A DNA stretch of 38,982 nucleotides from Nitrososphaerota archaeon (GCA_029782475.1 JARPSM010000121.1:1-38982); one strand, 5' to 3'. Shown: positions 19,214-29,272, counted from the first letter of the stretch. Notes: generated by a model not told the origin, from the letters alone. Numbers and translations: made by a program.

Positions 19214-20347
19214 TTGCACAAAAATAGAAACTGTGCAACAAAACTATACGTTGATTTTACATCAAGAGGAATTCTTTTATTTGAAGAGTCTATAAAATCA
19301 AAATATACCAAAAAAAACTATTCTCAGCATCTCAAAGAATTTGAAAAATATTCAAAGCTCAACAGCATAGAACTGCTTAATATCTCACAGGAATACTTGC
19401 AGCAACTGCTTGAGGACTATTTGATTCATTTAAAGCACAACACAAACCCAAACTCCATTCCATCAAAGTTTCAAGGAATACGACATTTTTGTATAATGAA
19501 CAAGATAAACTTGAACTGGGATATAATACACAAGATGTTTCCACAAAAACAAAAAACACAAAATTTACGAGCATACACAACAGAAGAAATCAAAAAACTA
19601 TTGCACAACGCAAAAAATCTCAGAGATGCTACATTAGTTCATTTTTTGGCATCAACTGGTACAAGAATCGGAATCTTTGATCACAAATTAACGATAAAAC
19701 ATCTTAAAAAATGCCAGATGACTGTTATGCAGTTAAAGTCTATGCAGGTCATATAGAAGAATACTGGTCTTTCTTACCCCGCAGACATCAAAGATACTTG
19801 ACAAATATCACAGCTACCGCATGCAGTATGAAGAGACATTTACAGAAGATGTCCCCATTTTTGCAGCAGGAAAAACAAATCCGCGACAGCTTGGATGGAG
19901 CGGTGCAAGATCTGCAATATACCGAATAATAAAAAAATAGGTTAGACATACAAAAGCAGGATCAGTAGATGGAAAAGTAACCCATTTTACTCAAAAAAAT
20001 GATCAATTCCTCAAATTATTCAGATAAAAAGATCCAGATACAAGCGTAATGTGCCTGCTTTATTGAAATAATTGTTGTGAATTTGTTGAGACTGAGGAAA
20101 ATATTATTTGGAATGCAAAAGATGAGTGACTTTTCCATCTACTGAGGATGGCCGCTATGATGTGCAGGCAGACCACGGATTCAGAAAGAGGTTCAACATA
20201 ATACTAAAGATAGACAATTCTGTAAACTATAACATTGCAGAAAAGCTCATGGGACACAAAAACGGTCTTGATGGAGTCTATTTTACTCCTACAATAAGCG
20301 AATTATTTGTAGAATTTAAAAAGGTCATGTACAAACTAGAGATTTAA
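19214..20347 (+). pseudogene. Tyrosine recombinase/integrase, frameshifted and MITE-interrupted
   Basis: SAM-like N-terminus, LASTGTRIG (Arg I), HGFRKRF (HxxR), LMGH, GVY; frameshifts near 19710 and 19775 plus insertion 19963-20144. Confidence 0.9.
19963..20144. mobile_element. 182-bp MITE, probably ISH3-family-derived
   Basis: TIR CAGTAGATGGAAAAGT(A/C)AC(C/T)CAT at both ends; AGGAT duplicated at 19958-19962 and 20145-20149; no ORF. Confidence 0.88.
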
Positions 20348-20405
20348 GATGAATCATATTTTGTAAACTAGTAACAATTTCACATGATTCAGATTTTTAT
20401 ATTGA

Positions 20406-20636
20406 ATGTATCTAACAGACCACATAAAGTTTAGAATATTCATCAAAGAAGACGAGGATGGCATGTTTGTATCAGAGGTTCCAGAACTTTCTGGATGCAT
20501 ATCTCAAGGAGACACAAGAGAATTGGCAATAACTAACATCAAAGATGCCATTTCAGGATATATCGCTAGTCTAAAAAAACATGATGAACCAATTCCTCTC
20601 TCCATTGATGAAAAAACTGTAGAAATACATGTCTAA
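20406..20636 (+). CDS. hicB: HicB-family antitoxin (UPF0150)
   Basis: EDEDGMFVSEVPELSGCISQGDTRELAITNIKDAI. Confidence 0.9.
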   Translation: MYLTDHIKFRIFIKEDEDGMFVSEVPELSGCISQGDTRELAITNIKDAISGYIASLKKHDEPIPLSIDEKTVEIHV

Positions 20637-20687
20637 AGCATGAGTTAGGTCAAGCCAAACAGTTGACTAAATTTATTATGCATAAAA

Positions 20688-21085
20688 TCAATTGTAATGC
20701 ATAGGTGACCTAACCTTGTGCATTATCTTTCTGATATTGGTGATGTGATATTTTACGCCATGTTTTTTGTAAATGTCTTCTTTGAGTTGTCTTGGTGTAG
20801 TATTCTTGTCTGTCTTTGATATGATTCTTGCAATCTTTTCTGTCTTTAACTTGGGCTGTCTACCAGAACGAGGCCTGGCCTCCAGGCCTGCAAGACCGTC
20901 CTGATCATACCGAGAAAGCCCAGCTTGCAACCGTATGCGGGTCACAGAAACACATTGATGCCACTTTAGAAACCCTCATTTCGTTGATCTTAATCGATGC
21001 AGATTGCATGGATTCTGACCTTTAGGATTGGATTTTTCTCTTTCTTGTAGGCTCGGATCAACTGCTTTCTGTTCTTCTCATTCAT
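20688..21085 (-). pseudogene. IS630-family transposase N-terminal (HTH) remnant
   Basis: From ATG 21085: MNEKNRKQLIRAYKKEKNP..VRIHAI / VSKVASMCFCDPHTVASW / RYDQDGLAGLEARPRSGRQPKL...HGVKYHITNIRKIMHK; frameshifts, DDE domain absent. Confidence 0.8.
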
Positions 21086-21168
21086 ACAGGTACCAATATT
21101 TTGCGATCAAAAAATGTTTCGCTCAAAAATGAATGTAAGATTTGATTCACACCAATATCAAGTGATTC

Positions 21169-22185
21169 CTATGATGACTGGGATTTTGGTATTTTACTCA
21201 AGGCTAATTTCACTAAAAGTAGCCATGTAATTACAATTGGAACATAATATGTTGCAATTCTCCATCCAATTACAGCATCCCAAGCTACTACGCCTTCTGA
21301 AATTTCAAATGCAAAGGGATCTAAATTGTTAATGTAAGCTATAATTCCAAATTCTGCCAAACCAGAACCTCCTATAGTAATTGGTAGATTCCCAATAGCA
21401 TTTGCACCCATTACTGCCATAATAGAATCAAATGCATTGATAACAAAGCCTGTTCCCATTGCAATAATCATAAATGAAATTCCGTAAAATGCCCAAGAAG
21501 CTAATGAAAACAAAAACGAAATCGTGAAAATTTTCTTAGATTCTGGAGTTTGTATATTTTCTCTAATCATAGTACATGTCTCTTCCATCCAAGAATTTGT
21601 TTGATTGATGATTTTAGTTCCTTTTTCTTTTCCTAATTTCTTAAGAAGAGTTTGTATAATATTTGGAACTTGAAATATGTGTTTAGAAGATAAGAAAAAC
21701 ATAATCATCCATAAAGATGTTATAGAAACACTGGTAGCTAAAATAACTATTCCAACTATGTATGCTCCATTCAATAATGCAATTATTCCCGCTAACATAG
21801 ATAACAATCCCATTGCTAGAACTTCAGTTACAATATCAACGAGTGCAATCCATGTAGCTTTAGAAAGTTCTATTCCTTTCTTCTTTAAATAATAAATTAC
21901 AACAAATTCTGCTCCAATAAACATTGGAGTTGTAAATTTAATAAATTCACTACCAACTCTAACACCGACTAGTTTAAAAAATGAATCAAAATTCCCAAGA
22001 TATTTTCTTGTAATGTATGCAAATTTGATTCCCTGAAGCCCTAATTTTATCATCATTGCAACAATTGCACCAATAAATGGAAGCAATCCAATTGCTAGAA
22101 TATCTTCGATTTGAATATCAAATTGAATTGCGATTATGAAAATAGGAATTAAAGTAATAGGAATAGCAACTATTCTCCAGTTCAT
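21169..22185 (-). CDS. Lysylphosphatidylglycerol-synthase TM / flippase-like protein (UPF0104)
   Basis: TTPMFIGAE, LPITIGGSGLAE, WRIATYY; multiple TM. Confidence 0.88.
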   Translation of the reverse strand: MNWRIVAIPITLIPIFIIAIQFDIQIEDILAIGLLPFIGAIVAMMIKLGLQGIKFAYITRKYLGNFDSFFKLVGVRVGSEFIKFTTPMFIGAEFVVIYYLKKKGIELSKATWIALVDIVTEVLAMGLLSMLAGIIALLNGAYIVGIVILATSVSITSLWMIMFFLSSKHIFQVPNIIQTLLKKLGKEKGTKIINQTNSWMEETCTMIRENIQTPESKKIFTISFLFSLASWAFYGISFMIIAMGTGFVINAFDSIMAVMGANAIGNLPITIGGSGLAEFGIIAYINNLDPFAFEISEGVVAWDAVIGWRIATYYVPIVITWLLLVKLALSKIPKSQSS

Positions 22186-22271
22186 TTGATGATTTTTTTT
22201 GAGGAATCAAATATGAAAGTTGAGTACATTTCTAGTCAGGGGAAATTGCAGTCTGGAATTAGGCACAAAAA

Positions 22272-22493
22272 TTATACAGAATCAGAGGCTTTGGCAGTAA
22301 CATGGAATTCTTGTTTAATTTCTTCAAATAATGAATCCAACATATCATAGTCTGAAAGATTCCTATCTTTGAGTAATTTAACAACTAAATCTTTGAGATG
22401 GACTTCCTTTTCAAAAGTAGTTTGATTCGCAAATAAGATAAAATTTGATCTGATAAACATCAAGTGGAATTTTTTCATCTTTTTGAATACCAA
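22272..22493 (-). CDS. Hypothetical protein
   Basis: Only ORF filling the gap; start uncertain. Confidence 0.45.
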   Translation of the reverse strand: MVFKKMKKFHLMFIRSNFILFANQTTFEKEVHLKDLVVKLLKDRNLSDYDMLDSLFEEIKQEFHVTAKASDSV

Positions 22494-22568
22494 TTTGGTA
22501 TTTTCAATGATAATAATATCAAAACCAAGCTAGTTTGAAATATAAGCAAATAAAGAAAATTAGACGGA

Positions 22569-23327
22569 TTGAAAACAATTTTTGTTTCAGGTACTGCAGG
22601 TTCTGGGAAATCTTTACTCACATCAAAGTTACAGGATTATTATTCAGGAAATGGAGCATTTGCTGCAATTTTGAATTTAGACCCAGGTGTAGATGGCATG
22701 CCATACACTTGTGATGTAGATGTTAGAGATTATGTTGATTATGTATCAATTATGCAACAGTATGAACTTGGGCCAAATGGTGCTATGGTTATGGCAAATG
22801 ATTTGATTGCATCAAAAATTGATGATATTCAAAATGATGTAAATAAAATAAATCCAGATTACCTAATTGTAGATACACCAGGTCAAATTGAATTATTTGC
22901 ATATCGTTCTAGTGGACGTTTCATAGTAGATAATATATCAACTGAAGAAAAAACAAATATTTTTCTCTTTGATGGTTCTCTTATTACTTCACCAGTTAAT
23001 TTTGTTTCAATTGCATTACTTGCAACATCAATTAGATTGCGTCTAAATTTACCAACAATTAATGTTCTAACCAAAACAGATCTTATTGGAGATAAATTAA
23101 AAAATATTTTAGAATGGTCTACAAATTTAAAAACATTAGAAAATGCAATTGGAAATGAAACAGATGGTGACACATATACATTAACTACAAATATTTTACG
23201 AGGATTGAATTTAGGAGGATTTGCTCAAGGACTAATTCCAATATCTAATCTTACAGGTGATGGTTTTATAAATCTCGAAGGGGCATTAAGCAGAATTCTT
23301 AATTTGGGTGAAGAGGTAGAAAGTTAG
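22569..23327 (+). CDS. GPN-loop GTPase
   Basis: GTAGSGKS, NLDPG, LGPNGA, DTPGQIELF, TKTD. Confidence 0.95.
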   Translation: MKTIFVSGTAGSGKSLLTSKLQDYYSGNGAFAAILNLDPGVDGMPYTCDVDVRDYVDYVSIMQQYELGPNGAMVMANDLIASKIDDIQNDVNKINPDYLIVDTPGQIELFAYRSSGRFIVDNISTEEKTNIFLFDGSLITSPVNFVSIALLATSIRLRLNLPTINVLTKTDLIGDKLKNILEWSTNLKTLENAIGNETDGDTYTLTTNILRGLNLGGFAQGLIPISNLTGDGFINLEGALSRILNLGEEVES

Positions 23328-24251
23328 TTGGTATCAAAAGTTACAGTCAAAGCACCTTCATCAACTGCAAATTTAGGTCCCGGATTTGACGTATTTGGAT
23401 TAGCTTTGGATGCATTTTATGATACAGTTACACTAACTAAAATAAAAAAAGGAATTAAAATAATTACAGATGATGATATTCCTACAAATCCTGAAAAAAA
23501 TACCGCAGGATTAGTAGTAAAAAACATGATAAAAAAATTCAAAATTAAAAGCGGTATGGAAATTAAAATCAAAAAAGGGATTCCTGCAGGATATGGAATG
23601 GGAAGCAGTGCTGCATCAGCTGCTGCTACAGCAGTTGCATTTGATAAATTATTTGGATTAAAATTGAATGGGAATTCTTTAGTAGAATTTGCAGGATCTG
23701 GAGAAAAAGCAAGTGCAGGCACAGTTCATTATGATAATGTAGCAGCTTCGGTGTTAGGTGGATTTGTAATTGTTAAAACAAATCCTTTAGATGTAATTAG
23801 AATTGATCCTCCAACTAATCTAAAGATGTGTATAGCAGTCCCAACAATTAGTGTGCCAAAAAAGAAAACAAAGGTATCAAGAGGAGTTATTCCCAAAAAA
23901 ATCAAACTATCTGACAGTATTTTGAATTTATCAAATGCCGCTACAATTGTTGCAGGATTTATGAAGAAGGATTCAGAAATTATTGGAAATTCAATTAAAG
24001 ATGTAATAGTTGAACCTGCCAGACAACATATGATTCCAGGATTTAACAAAGTAAAAGAAAATGCTATCAAAGCAGGAGCTTTAGGTGTCACTATTAGCGG
24101 TGCAGGACCTTCAGTGATTGCTTTTTCAAAAAGTTCGGCAGATTTAAAAAAAATTAGTGTATCCATGGCAAAAGGATTTACATCTGCAAATACAAAATGT
24201 ACAACTATAATTTGTAAACCAAGCAAAGGTGCTGCAGATAAAAGAAAATAG
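23328..24251 (+). CDS. thrB: Homoserine kinase
   Basis: PSSTANLGPGFD, GMGSSAAS, HYDN, ISGAGPS. Confidence 0.96.
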   Translation: MVSKVTVKAPSSTANLGPGFDVFGLALDAFYDTVTLTKIKKGIKIITDDDIPTNPEKNTAGLVVKNMIKKFKIKSGMEIKIKKGIPAGYGMGSSAASAAATAVAFDKLFGLKLNGNSLVEFAGSGEKASAGTVHYDNVAASVLGGFVIVKTNPLDVIRIDPPTNLKMCIAVPTISVPKKKTKVSRGVIPKKIKLSDSILNLSNAATIVAGFMKKDSEIIGNSIKDVIVEPARQHMIPGFNKVKENAIKAGALGVTISGAGPSVIAFSKSSADLKKISVSMAKGFTSANTKCTTIICKPSKGAADKRK

Positions 24252-24262
24252 TTGGATAAATT

Positions 24263-24937
24263 ATGAAGAAAGCAGTTATTGTTTTTAGTGGAGGGATAGA
24301 TTCTGTTTGTGCTGTCTCATATTTGAAATCAAAATATGAATTATATTGTATTACATTTTCTTATGGACAGAAAGCTAATAGTGAAATTGCAGCAGCTAAA
24401 GCTTTTGCAAAAAAATTAGGATTAAAACAACATAAAATAATTGATATTGGTTTTATGAAAAACTTGTATGGCAATTCTAATGTTTTAACAAGTTCTAAAA
24501 GAAAAATTCCTAGTAAATTTGATTATTCAATTGTAGTACCAATTAGAAATGCAGTCTTTCTATCAATTGCATCAGCATGGGCTTTTACACTAAATGCATC
24601 TCTAGTAGTATATGGTGCACATACTGGAGATAAACACTATCCAGATTGTAGACCGAATTTTGCAAAAAAGCTGGAAAGTGCATTTAATCAAGGTGAAATT
24701 GATGGAATTAAATCAAAACTACGAAAAAATATTGAAATTTGGTCACCTTATAGGGCAGGATTGGCAAAAAGTGATTTACTAAAAGCTGGAATGAAAGTAT
24801 TAGGAAGTTCTATTTTCAAAACATGGAGTTGTTATTCAAATAAAAAATATCATTGTGGTGTTTGTGAATCTTGTAATAATAGAAAAATTGCATTTGCAAA
24901 AGCTGGAATCACTGATAAAACGAAATATCTTAACTAA
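24263..24937 (+). CDS. queC: 7-cyano-7-deazaguanine synthase
   Basis: SGGIDS, YGQ, VPIRN, YPDCR, TWSCY...CGVCESC. Confidence 0.96.
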   Translation: MKKAVIVFSGGIDSVCAVSYLKSKYELYCITFSYGQKANSEIAAAKAFAKKLGLKQHKIIDIGFMKNLYGNSNVLTSSKRKIPSKFDYSIVVPIRNAVFLSIASAWAFTLNASLVVYGAHTGDKHYPDCRPNFAKKLESAFNQGEIDGIKSKLRKNIEIWSPYRAGLAKSDLLKAGMKVLGSSIFKTWSCYSNKKYHCGVCESCNNRKIAFAKAGITDKTKYLN

Positions 24938-25197
24938 TTATCATAACTGTTTCTAAGAATTTTCTTTTTTAGAATTAAACCTCTAATTCCAACATACCAA
25001 ATTAAAAAGAATGCACCAACAATTCCCATAAACACATAGTTTTGTACTTCTGGAAGTTCACTAATACTTTCAATTGAATCAGTAATTTTACTTGAAGTTA
25101 ACATTGAGATTGCAATTACAATAATACATTCAATTGCATACCATGTCCAATTTGGCCATGATTCTTTTGGAATGTGAATGTACGGATTTGCTCCCAT
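24934..25197 (-). CDS. Small 2-TM hypothetical protein
   Basis: ATG 25197 (MGANPY); two hydrophobic segments. Confidence 0.75.
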   Translation of the reverse strand: MGANPYIHIPKESWPNWTWYAIECIIVIAISMLTSSKITDSIESISELPEVQNYVFMGIVGAFFLIWYVGIRGLILKKKILRNSYDN

Positions 25198-25240
25198 GTT
25201 TCTGATCAAAAATATTGATTATTTAATTTTTCAGTATTCT

Positions 25241-25798
25241 CTAAAGAGAGAGATCTGAGGCACGATTTCGAAGTAGTGATATTATGCCTGCTTTTTCTTC
25301 TTTATTTTCGTAAATTCCTCTAAATGCAGAAGACGAAAGTGTTGCATCATTTCTTACACCACGCATCTTCATACAAAGATGCTCAGCATCTGCTAAAACG
25401 ACAACACCCTTTACTCCTTGAGAATGTAGTTCATCAGCAATATTTTTTGTAAGGCGCTCCTGAATTTGAAGTCTTTTTGAATATTTTTCTACTAATCTAA
25501 CTAGTTTTGAAATTCCAAAAACTCTACCATTTGGAGAATATGCAATGTGAATTTTTCCGTAAAAAGGCAACATGTGGTGCTCACACATTGAATAAAATTG
25601 AATATCTCGTGCAATTACTACATCAGAATCTTCTGAAAATTGAACAGATAATTCTGAATCTGAATCATACCCACCAAAAATTTCTCTATACATATTTGCA
25701 ATTCTTTCAGGAGTTTCACGTAATCCTTCACGTGTAGGATCTTCTCCAACTTCAATAATTAATTCTCTAACAAGTTTTTTTACACGTTCTTGATCCAT
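25241..25798 (-). CDS. folE: GTP cyclohydrolase I
   Basis: REGLRETPER, SMCEHHMLPF, GISKLVR, LQIQER, HLCMKMRG. Confidence 0.97.
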   Translation of the reverse strand: MDQERVKKLVRELIIEVGEDPTREGLRETPERIANMYREIFGGYDSDSELSVQFSEDSDVVIARDIQFYSMCEHHMLPFYGKIHIAYSPNGRVFGISKLVRLVEKYSKRLQIQERLTKNIADELHSQGVKGVVVLADAEHLCMKMRGVRNDATLSSSAFRGIYENKEEKAGIISLLRNRASDLSL

Positions 25799-25861
25799 TG
25801 ATATTCACACAGAATTTTTCTAGTATTTGAACCTAATCTGATTTTTAGGCAGGTGGTAATT

Positions 25862-26575
25862 TTATGGAGCACCAATAAATTTGTGCAATTGAGGAACTAC
25901 CTTAACATCGATGTAATGTGGATAGACTAGATCATATAATTCCAATAAAAGTTCCAGAGAAGGTTCAGAAATTCCATATGTTGGCTGTATGATAAAACCA
26001 TCAATATCATCTTTAGATATTTTATCAAAAATTTCTTGCACTAATTTTGCAAATTCATTTAGTTGAGTTTTTGAACTAACTACAACTTTGATGTAGGTTG
26101 TTTTATTTGATTTTACAGATGATTGAAGACATTTCATTGTGTGACCAATAAATTTTTCATAATGTTTTGCATCAACAAAATCAGAATCTTTTGTTTTAAA
26201 TTCAATTTTAACAATATCAATAAATGGTAATACGTGATTAAATCTATCAATATCAAAGCAAGATGACTCTAGATATGTTGGAATTTTTTTGTCTTGAATA
26301 TGTTTTGCAAGTAAAGCAACTGCTTCATGTTGGATTAGAGGATCACCGCCTGTAAAATTTACTTTGTAAGTTTGATTCTTTAAGTTAGAATCAATTAGAT
26401 GGTTTGCATCTTCAATAGAATATTCCGTTCCAGAATCAAGAGGAAGTGATTCTTTTGTATCACAGTAAAAACAAGTAAAAGGACATCCAGCCAATCTCAC
26501 AAAGAGAGTTTTGGTTCCATAAAGAATTCCCTCGCCTTCAACTGAAGTAAATATTTCAAATAATCTAACTTTCAA
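25862..26575 (-). CDS. queE: 7-carboxy-7-deazaguanine synthase (radical SAM)
   Basis: EIFTSVEGEG, FVRLAGCPFTCFYCDT, TGGDP, PQLHK. Confidence 0.95.
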   Translation of the reverse strand: MKVRLFEIFTSVEGEGILYGTKTLFVRLAGCPFTCFYCDTKESLPLDSGTEYSIEDANHLIDSNLKNQTYKVNFTGGDPLIQHEAVALLAKHIQDKKIPTYLESSCFDIDRFNHVLPFIDIVKIEFKTKDSDFVDAKHYEKFIGHTMKCLQSSVKSNKTTYIKVVVSSKTQLNEFAKLVQEIFDKISKDDIDGFIIQPTYGISEPSLELLLELYDLVYPHYIDVKVVPQLHKFIGAP

Positions 26576-26616
26576 GTAATAATTGTAATTTTTTTCATTA
26601 TTTATTCAGTGAGTTT

Positions 26617-26811
26617 CTAATGCATTACTGGTTCTTTTGTATAAAATAAACCAGAAATAAAGAATATTACTCCCAAAATTCCAATTGTACTTCCTATGAG
26701 TTCTACTTGATTTTGAAGATCTCCTTCAATTGGTGCCCACAACCATGCCATCAAAGCACCAACAATGATCATTGGAATTCCCACTCCAACTATGATTGCT
26801 TTTGAGGCCAT
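26617..26811 (-). CDS. Small 2-TM hypothetical protein
   Basis: Two TM segments; ATG start. Confidence 0.75.
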   Translation of the reverse strand: MASKAIIVGVGIPMIIVGALMAWLWAPIEGDLQNQVELIGSTIGILGVIFFISGLFYTKEPVMH

Positions 26812-26853
26812 GCTAAACGCTGATTAGAAAATGTATATGAATTTTATGATAAT

Positions 26854-27870
26854 TTATTGCAGAAAATTTTTAATTTCTGCCAATTGTTTTGCTAGATCTC
26901 TTAATTGCTCATTAGCAGTTTCAAATTCACCATCATTCAAATTTTGCTTAATGCTTTGAAGAGTGATTTCTGCATTTAACAAATATTCCTCATCTACTCC
27001 ATCAACCTCATAAAGTTTAGAAAGAATTTTTTCAACTTGCAGTATCCTAGATTCAAGTCTATCATTTTTTGTTAGCTCAAACTGATCTTTTAGAGACATA
27101 ATTTTTCTTATTTCTTCGATAATTTGACGTGGATCATCTATTGAGGATAAATTTTCCTTAGCAGATTCTAATTTTTCAATAATCTCATCAGAAACACCTT
27201 GATTTTTGGCATTTTCTATTAATCTATCAAGTTGTTCCAAATATTTTTGAGCATATACCTTGGCTCGTTGTGACTCTTGTTTTGATGCTTTTTCACGTAA
27301 TTCTTTGTTAACATCTACGATTGTTTCTTTGATTTCATGAATTGTATCTAACGCTTGTGCAAATTGATGTTCATCAATTTGTTGTCTGGCTTTTACAACC
27401 AATTCATCTAATTCAGAAAAATTAATTGAGGCATCATGTTTTTTTGCAATAGTTCGTAGATTATCTAGATAAGATTGTAATCTTTGAAGATCATTGGATG
27501 GATTCTTTGCAGTATCTCTTACAGATGAAATTTCATCTTGAGATGCAACATCAGATACTGAAATTGTTAGATGCCTAGAAATTTCTTTGAAAATTTTCAT
27601 GGCTGAAAGGAAGTGCTCTTTTGCAGCGCTTGCATCATCACTTTGTAATGATTTTTCTAGGAATGCAACTTGTTGTGTTCCCTCTTCAAACAATTTCTTA
27701 ATTTTATCAGAAGAATCATCGGAAATTTGATTACTAATTTGTTCTTGCGCACGTTTTGCAATCTTTAGTAAAATTGCAGAATCATCTGCAGCATAAGCAC
27801 TACTAGTTATACCTCCAAAAACCATACTTGCAACTAAAATTAACAAAGCAAAAGATGTTACAAATTTCAT
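26854..27870 (-). CDS. Secreted all-helical / coiled-coil protein
   Basis: Signal peptide (AYA); helical bundles throughout; overlaps the upstream gene by 4 bp. Confidence 0.8.
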   Translation of the reverse strand: MKFVTSFALLILVASMVFGGITSSAYAADDSAILLKIAKRAQEQISNQISDDSSDKIKKLFEEGTQQVAFLEKSLQSDDASAAKEHFLSAMKIFKEISRHLTISVSDVASQDEISSVRDTAKNPSNDLQRLQSYLDNLRTIAKKHDASINFSELDELVVKARQQIDEHQFAQALDTIHEIKETIVDVNKELREKASKQESQRAKVYAQKYLEQLDRLIENAKNQGVSDEIIEKLESAKENLSSIDDPRQIIEEIRKIMSLKDQFELTKNDRLESRILQVEKILSKLYEVDGVDEEYLLNAEITLQSIKQNLNDGEFETANEQLRDLAKQLAEIKNFLQ

Positions 27871-28811
27871 TCTTCATCCTCCAAATCTTTCTTTAATTTG
27901 ACTAGATTTTGTAGCTCTTTTTTGGAAATTTCTATTACTCCTTGTCTTTCTAATCGTTTTACTGCTCTCCACATTGTAGTTCTAGGTTGTAAGAATTTTT
28001 TTCTTAAATCACTTTCTAAAGCTTCTCCCCCATTTACAGAAATAAATTTAATAATTTCTTTATCATCTTCACGCATATCAGGTCTAAAGTTGAAAATATT
28101 TTCAACATCAGTGTTATCAGTTTTAATTTGTGACTCAGAAATAATTTCAGTTTGTATTATAGATGAAGATTTTGTTTGTTTTCTTTTAATCATAATAGTT
28201 ACTCCAGAAATAGCTGCTGCAACAGAAGCGCCAACAAGTATAATCGTATTAATATCATTATTTGGTTGTTCAGATATTGTAGTTGGTGGTTGTATAGTTG
28301 GTGGTTGTGTACTTCCAAAAATATAATTAATTTCAGATAAACCTGAACTCAAATCTAATTTTGTTTGATCATTTATCAAGTCCATATTTGATGGTAATGC
28401 ATCCATTCCAACAATAATTGAATTTGATGGCATCAATAACGAGTAATCAGTTGGAGAGTCTAGGGTAAAAGTCCAAACTCTTCCTTCTTTAGAAATTAAA
28501 TCATGAATATCATAATCAATTGAAATAGAAGAAGAACCAAAAGTGTCAATCATTGCTTTATCATCAATAATTTCACTAGATAACAAAAAACCATTTTCAC
28601 CTACAACCACAAAATTATCAATAGATGACCCAAACAGACTAACTTCATAATCAGGATCTAGAGGATCTACTTCTAGCTGAGATGAAATGTGTGCTGAACC
28701 ATCTGAATAAAGGGTTAGATCAAGCATACGAGTAGAACTGAATGAGGTCTGAAGTGGCATCGTTAGTGCAACAATCATTAAACCAGCAATTATCAAAGGT
28801 GCCTTAACCAT
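27867..28811 (-). CDS. Membrane-anchored protein with an extracellular domain and a cytoplasmic winged-HTH
   Basis: Signal peptide from MVKAPL (ATG 28811; ORF open to 28901), PPT linker, single TM, C-terminal ESDLRKKFLQPRTTMWRAVKRLERQGVIEI. Confidence 0.85.
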   Translation of the reverse strand: MVKAPLIIAGLMIVALTMPLQTSFSSTRMLDLTLYSDGSAHISSQLEVDPLDPDYEVSLFGSSIDNFVVVGENGFLLSSEIIDDKAMIDTFGSSSISIDYDIHDLISKEGRVWTFTLDSPTDYSLLMPSNSIIVGMDALPSNMDLINDQTKLDLSSGLSEINYIFGSTQPPTIQPPTTISEQPNNDINTIILVGASVAAAISGVTIMIKRKQTKSSSIIQTEIISESQIKTDNTDVENIFNFRPDMREDDKEIIKFISVNGGEALESDLRKKFLQPRTTMWRAVKRLERQGVIEISKKELQNLVKLKKDLEDEE

Positions 28812-28905
28812 TGTTTCGAGGATACCATCAGTCCTTACAAAAAGCATTCCATCTTCTCGAAGAGACTCTTTCCTATGGATTGGTACGATTTCTGGATACA
28901 TATGC

Positions 28906-29193
28906 TCAATACCTTAGATTCATGCTTTCGACGAGTCCCTGAAATCTCTTGAATTCCTGGAAAAACTGAAGTCCTTTTTCAGTTATCAAAAAGACTCTAT
29001 TTCTGTCGTTTTTGACGGATTCGACCAAGCCTGCTTCTACCAGTTTCTCACATTTGTCTAGTACTGCATAGTGAGATAGATTGGCTTTGCGAGAGATTGC
29101 AGATACAATGACTCCACCACGACCGCCATCAGCGGTCACATCTAAGATATCACCCATAATTCCCATTTCGGACCTGTATTGTTGTTTTGACAT
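28906..29193 (-). CDS. Winged-HTH transcriptional regulator (HTH_45-like)
   Basis: YRSEMGIMGDIL, ISRKANLS, LVEAGLV, ITEKG. Confidence 0.9.
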   Translation of the reverse strand: MSKQQYRSEMGIMGDILDVTADGGRGGVIVSAISRKANLSHYAVLDKCEKLVEAGLVESVKNDRNRVFLITEKGLQFFQEFKRFQGLVESMNLRY

Positions 29194-29231
29194 GCTCTAG
29201 TCTAGAACAATGTAGTTTATGAGGAACATTT

Positions 29232-29272
29232 TGAAACTTCACAGCGGAACGCAAAGCGGAACAGGAGTTTCA
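29232..29272. promoter_or_regulatory. Candidate operator upstream of the wHTH operon
   Basis: AGCGGAAC direct repeats at 29243-29250 and 29255-29262, flanked by inverted TGAAACT (29232-29238) and AGTTTCA (29266-29272). Confidence 0.45.

Larger units (their letters stand above)
16030..21150. mobile_element. Decayed genomic island (integrase, TBP paralog, NDT, hicB, IS630 remnant, MITE)
   Basis: Cluster of pseudogenes and mobility genes between core genes; boundaries approximate, no att site identified. Confidence 0.7.

Noticed and set aside
16028-20655. AGGTCAAGC at 16028-16036 and 20647-20655 as attL/attR
   Set aside because: Only 9 bp, found post hoc, no tRNA target, and the second copy is not at the island's end.
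24263-26575. queC/folE/queE as a 7-deazaguanine DNA-modification (dpd) system
   Set aside because: No dpdA-like gene nearby; preQ0 synthesis for tRNA archaeosine is the ordinary archaeal explanation.
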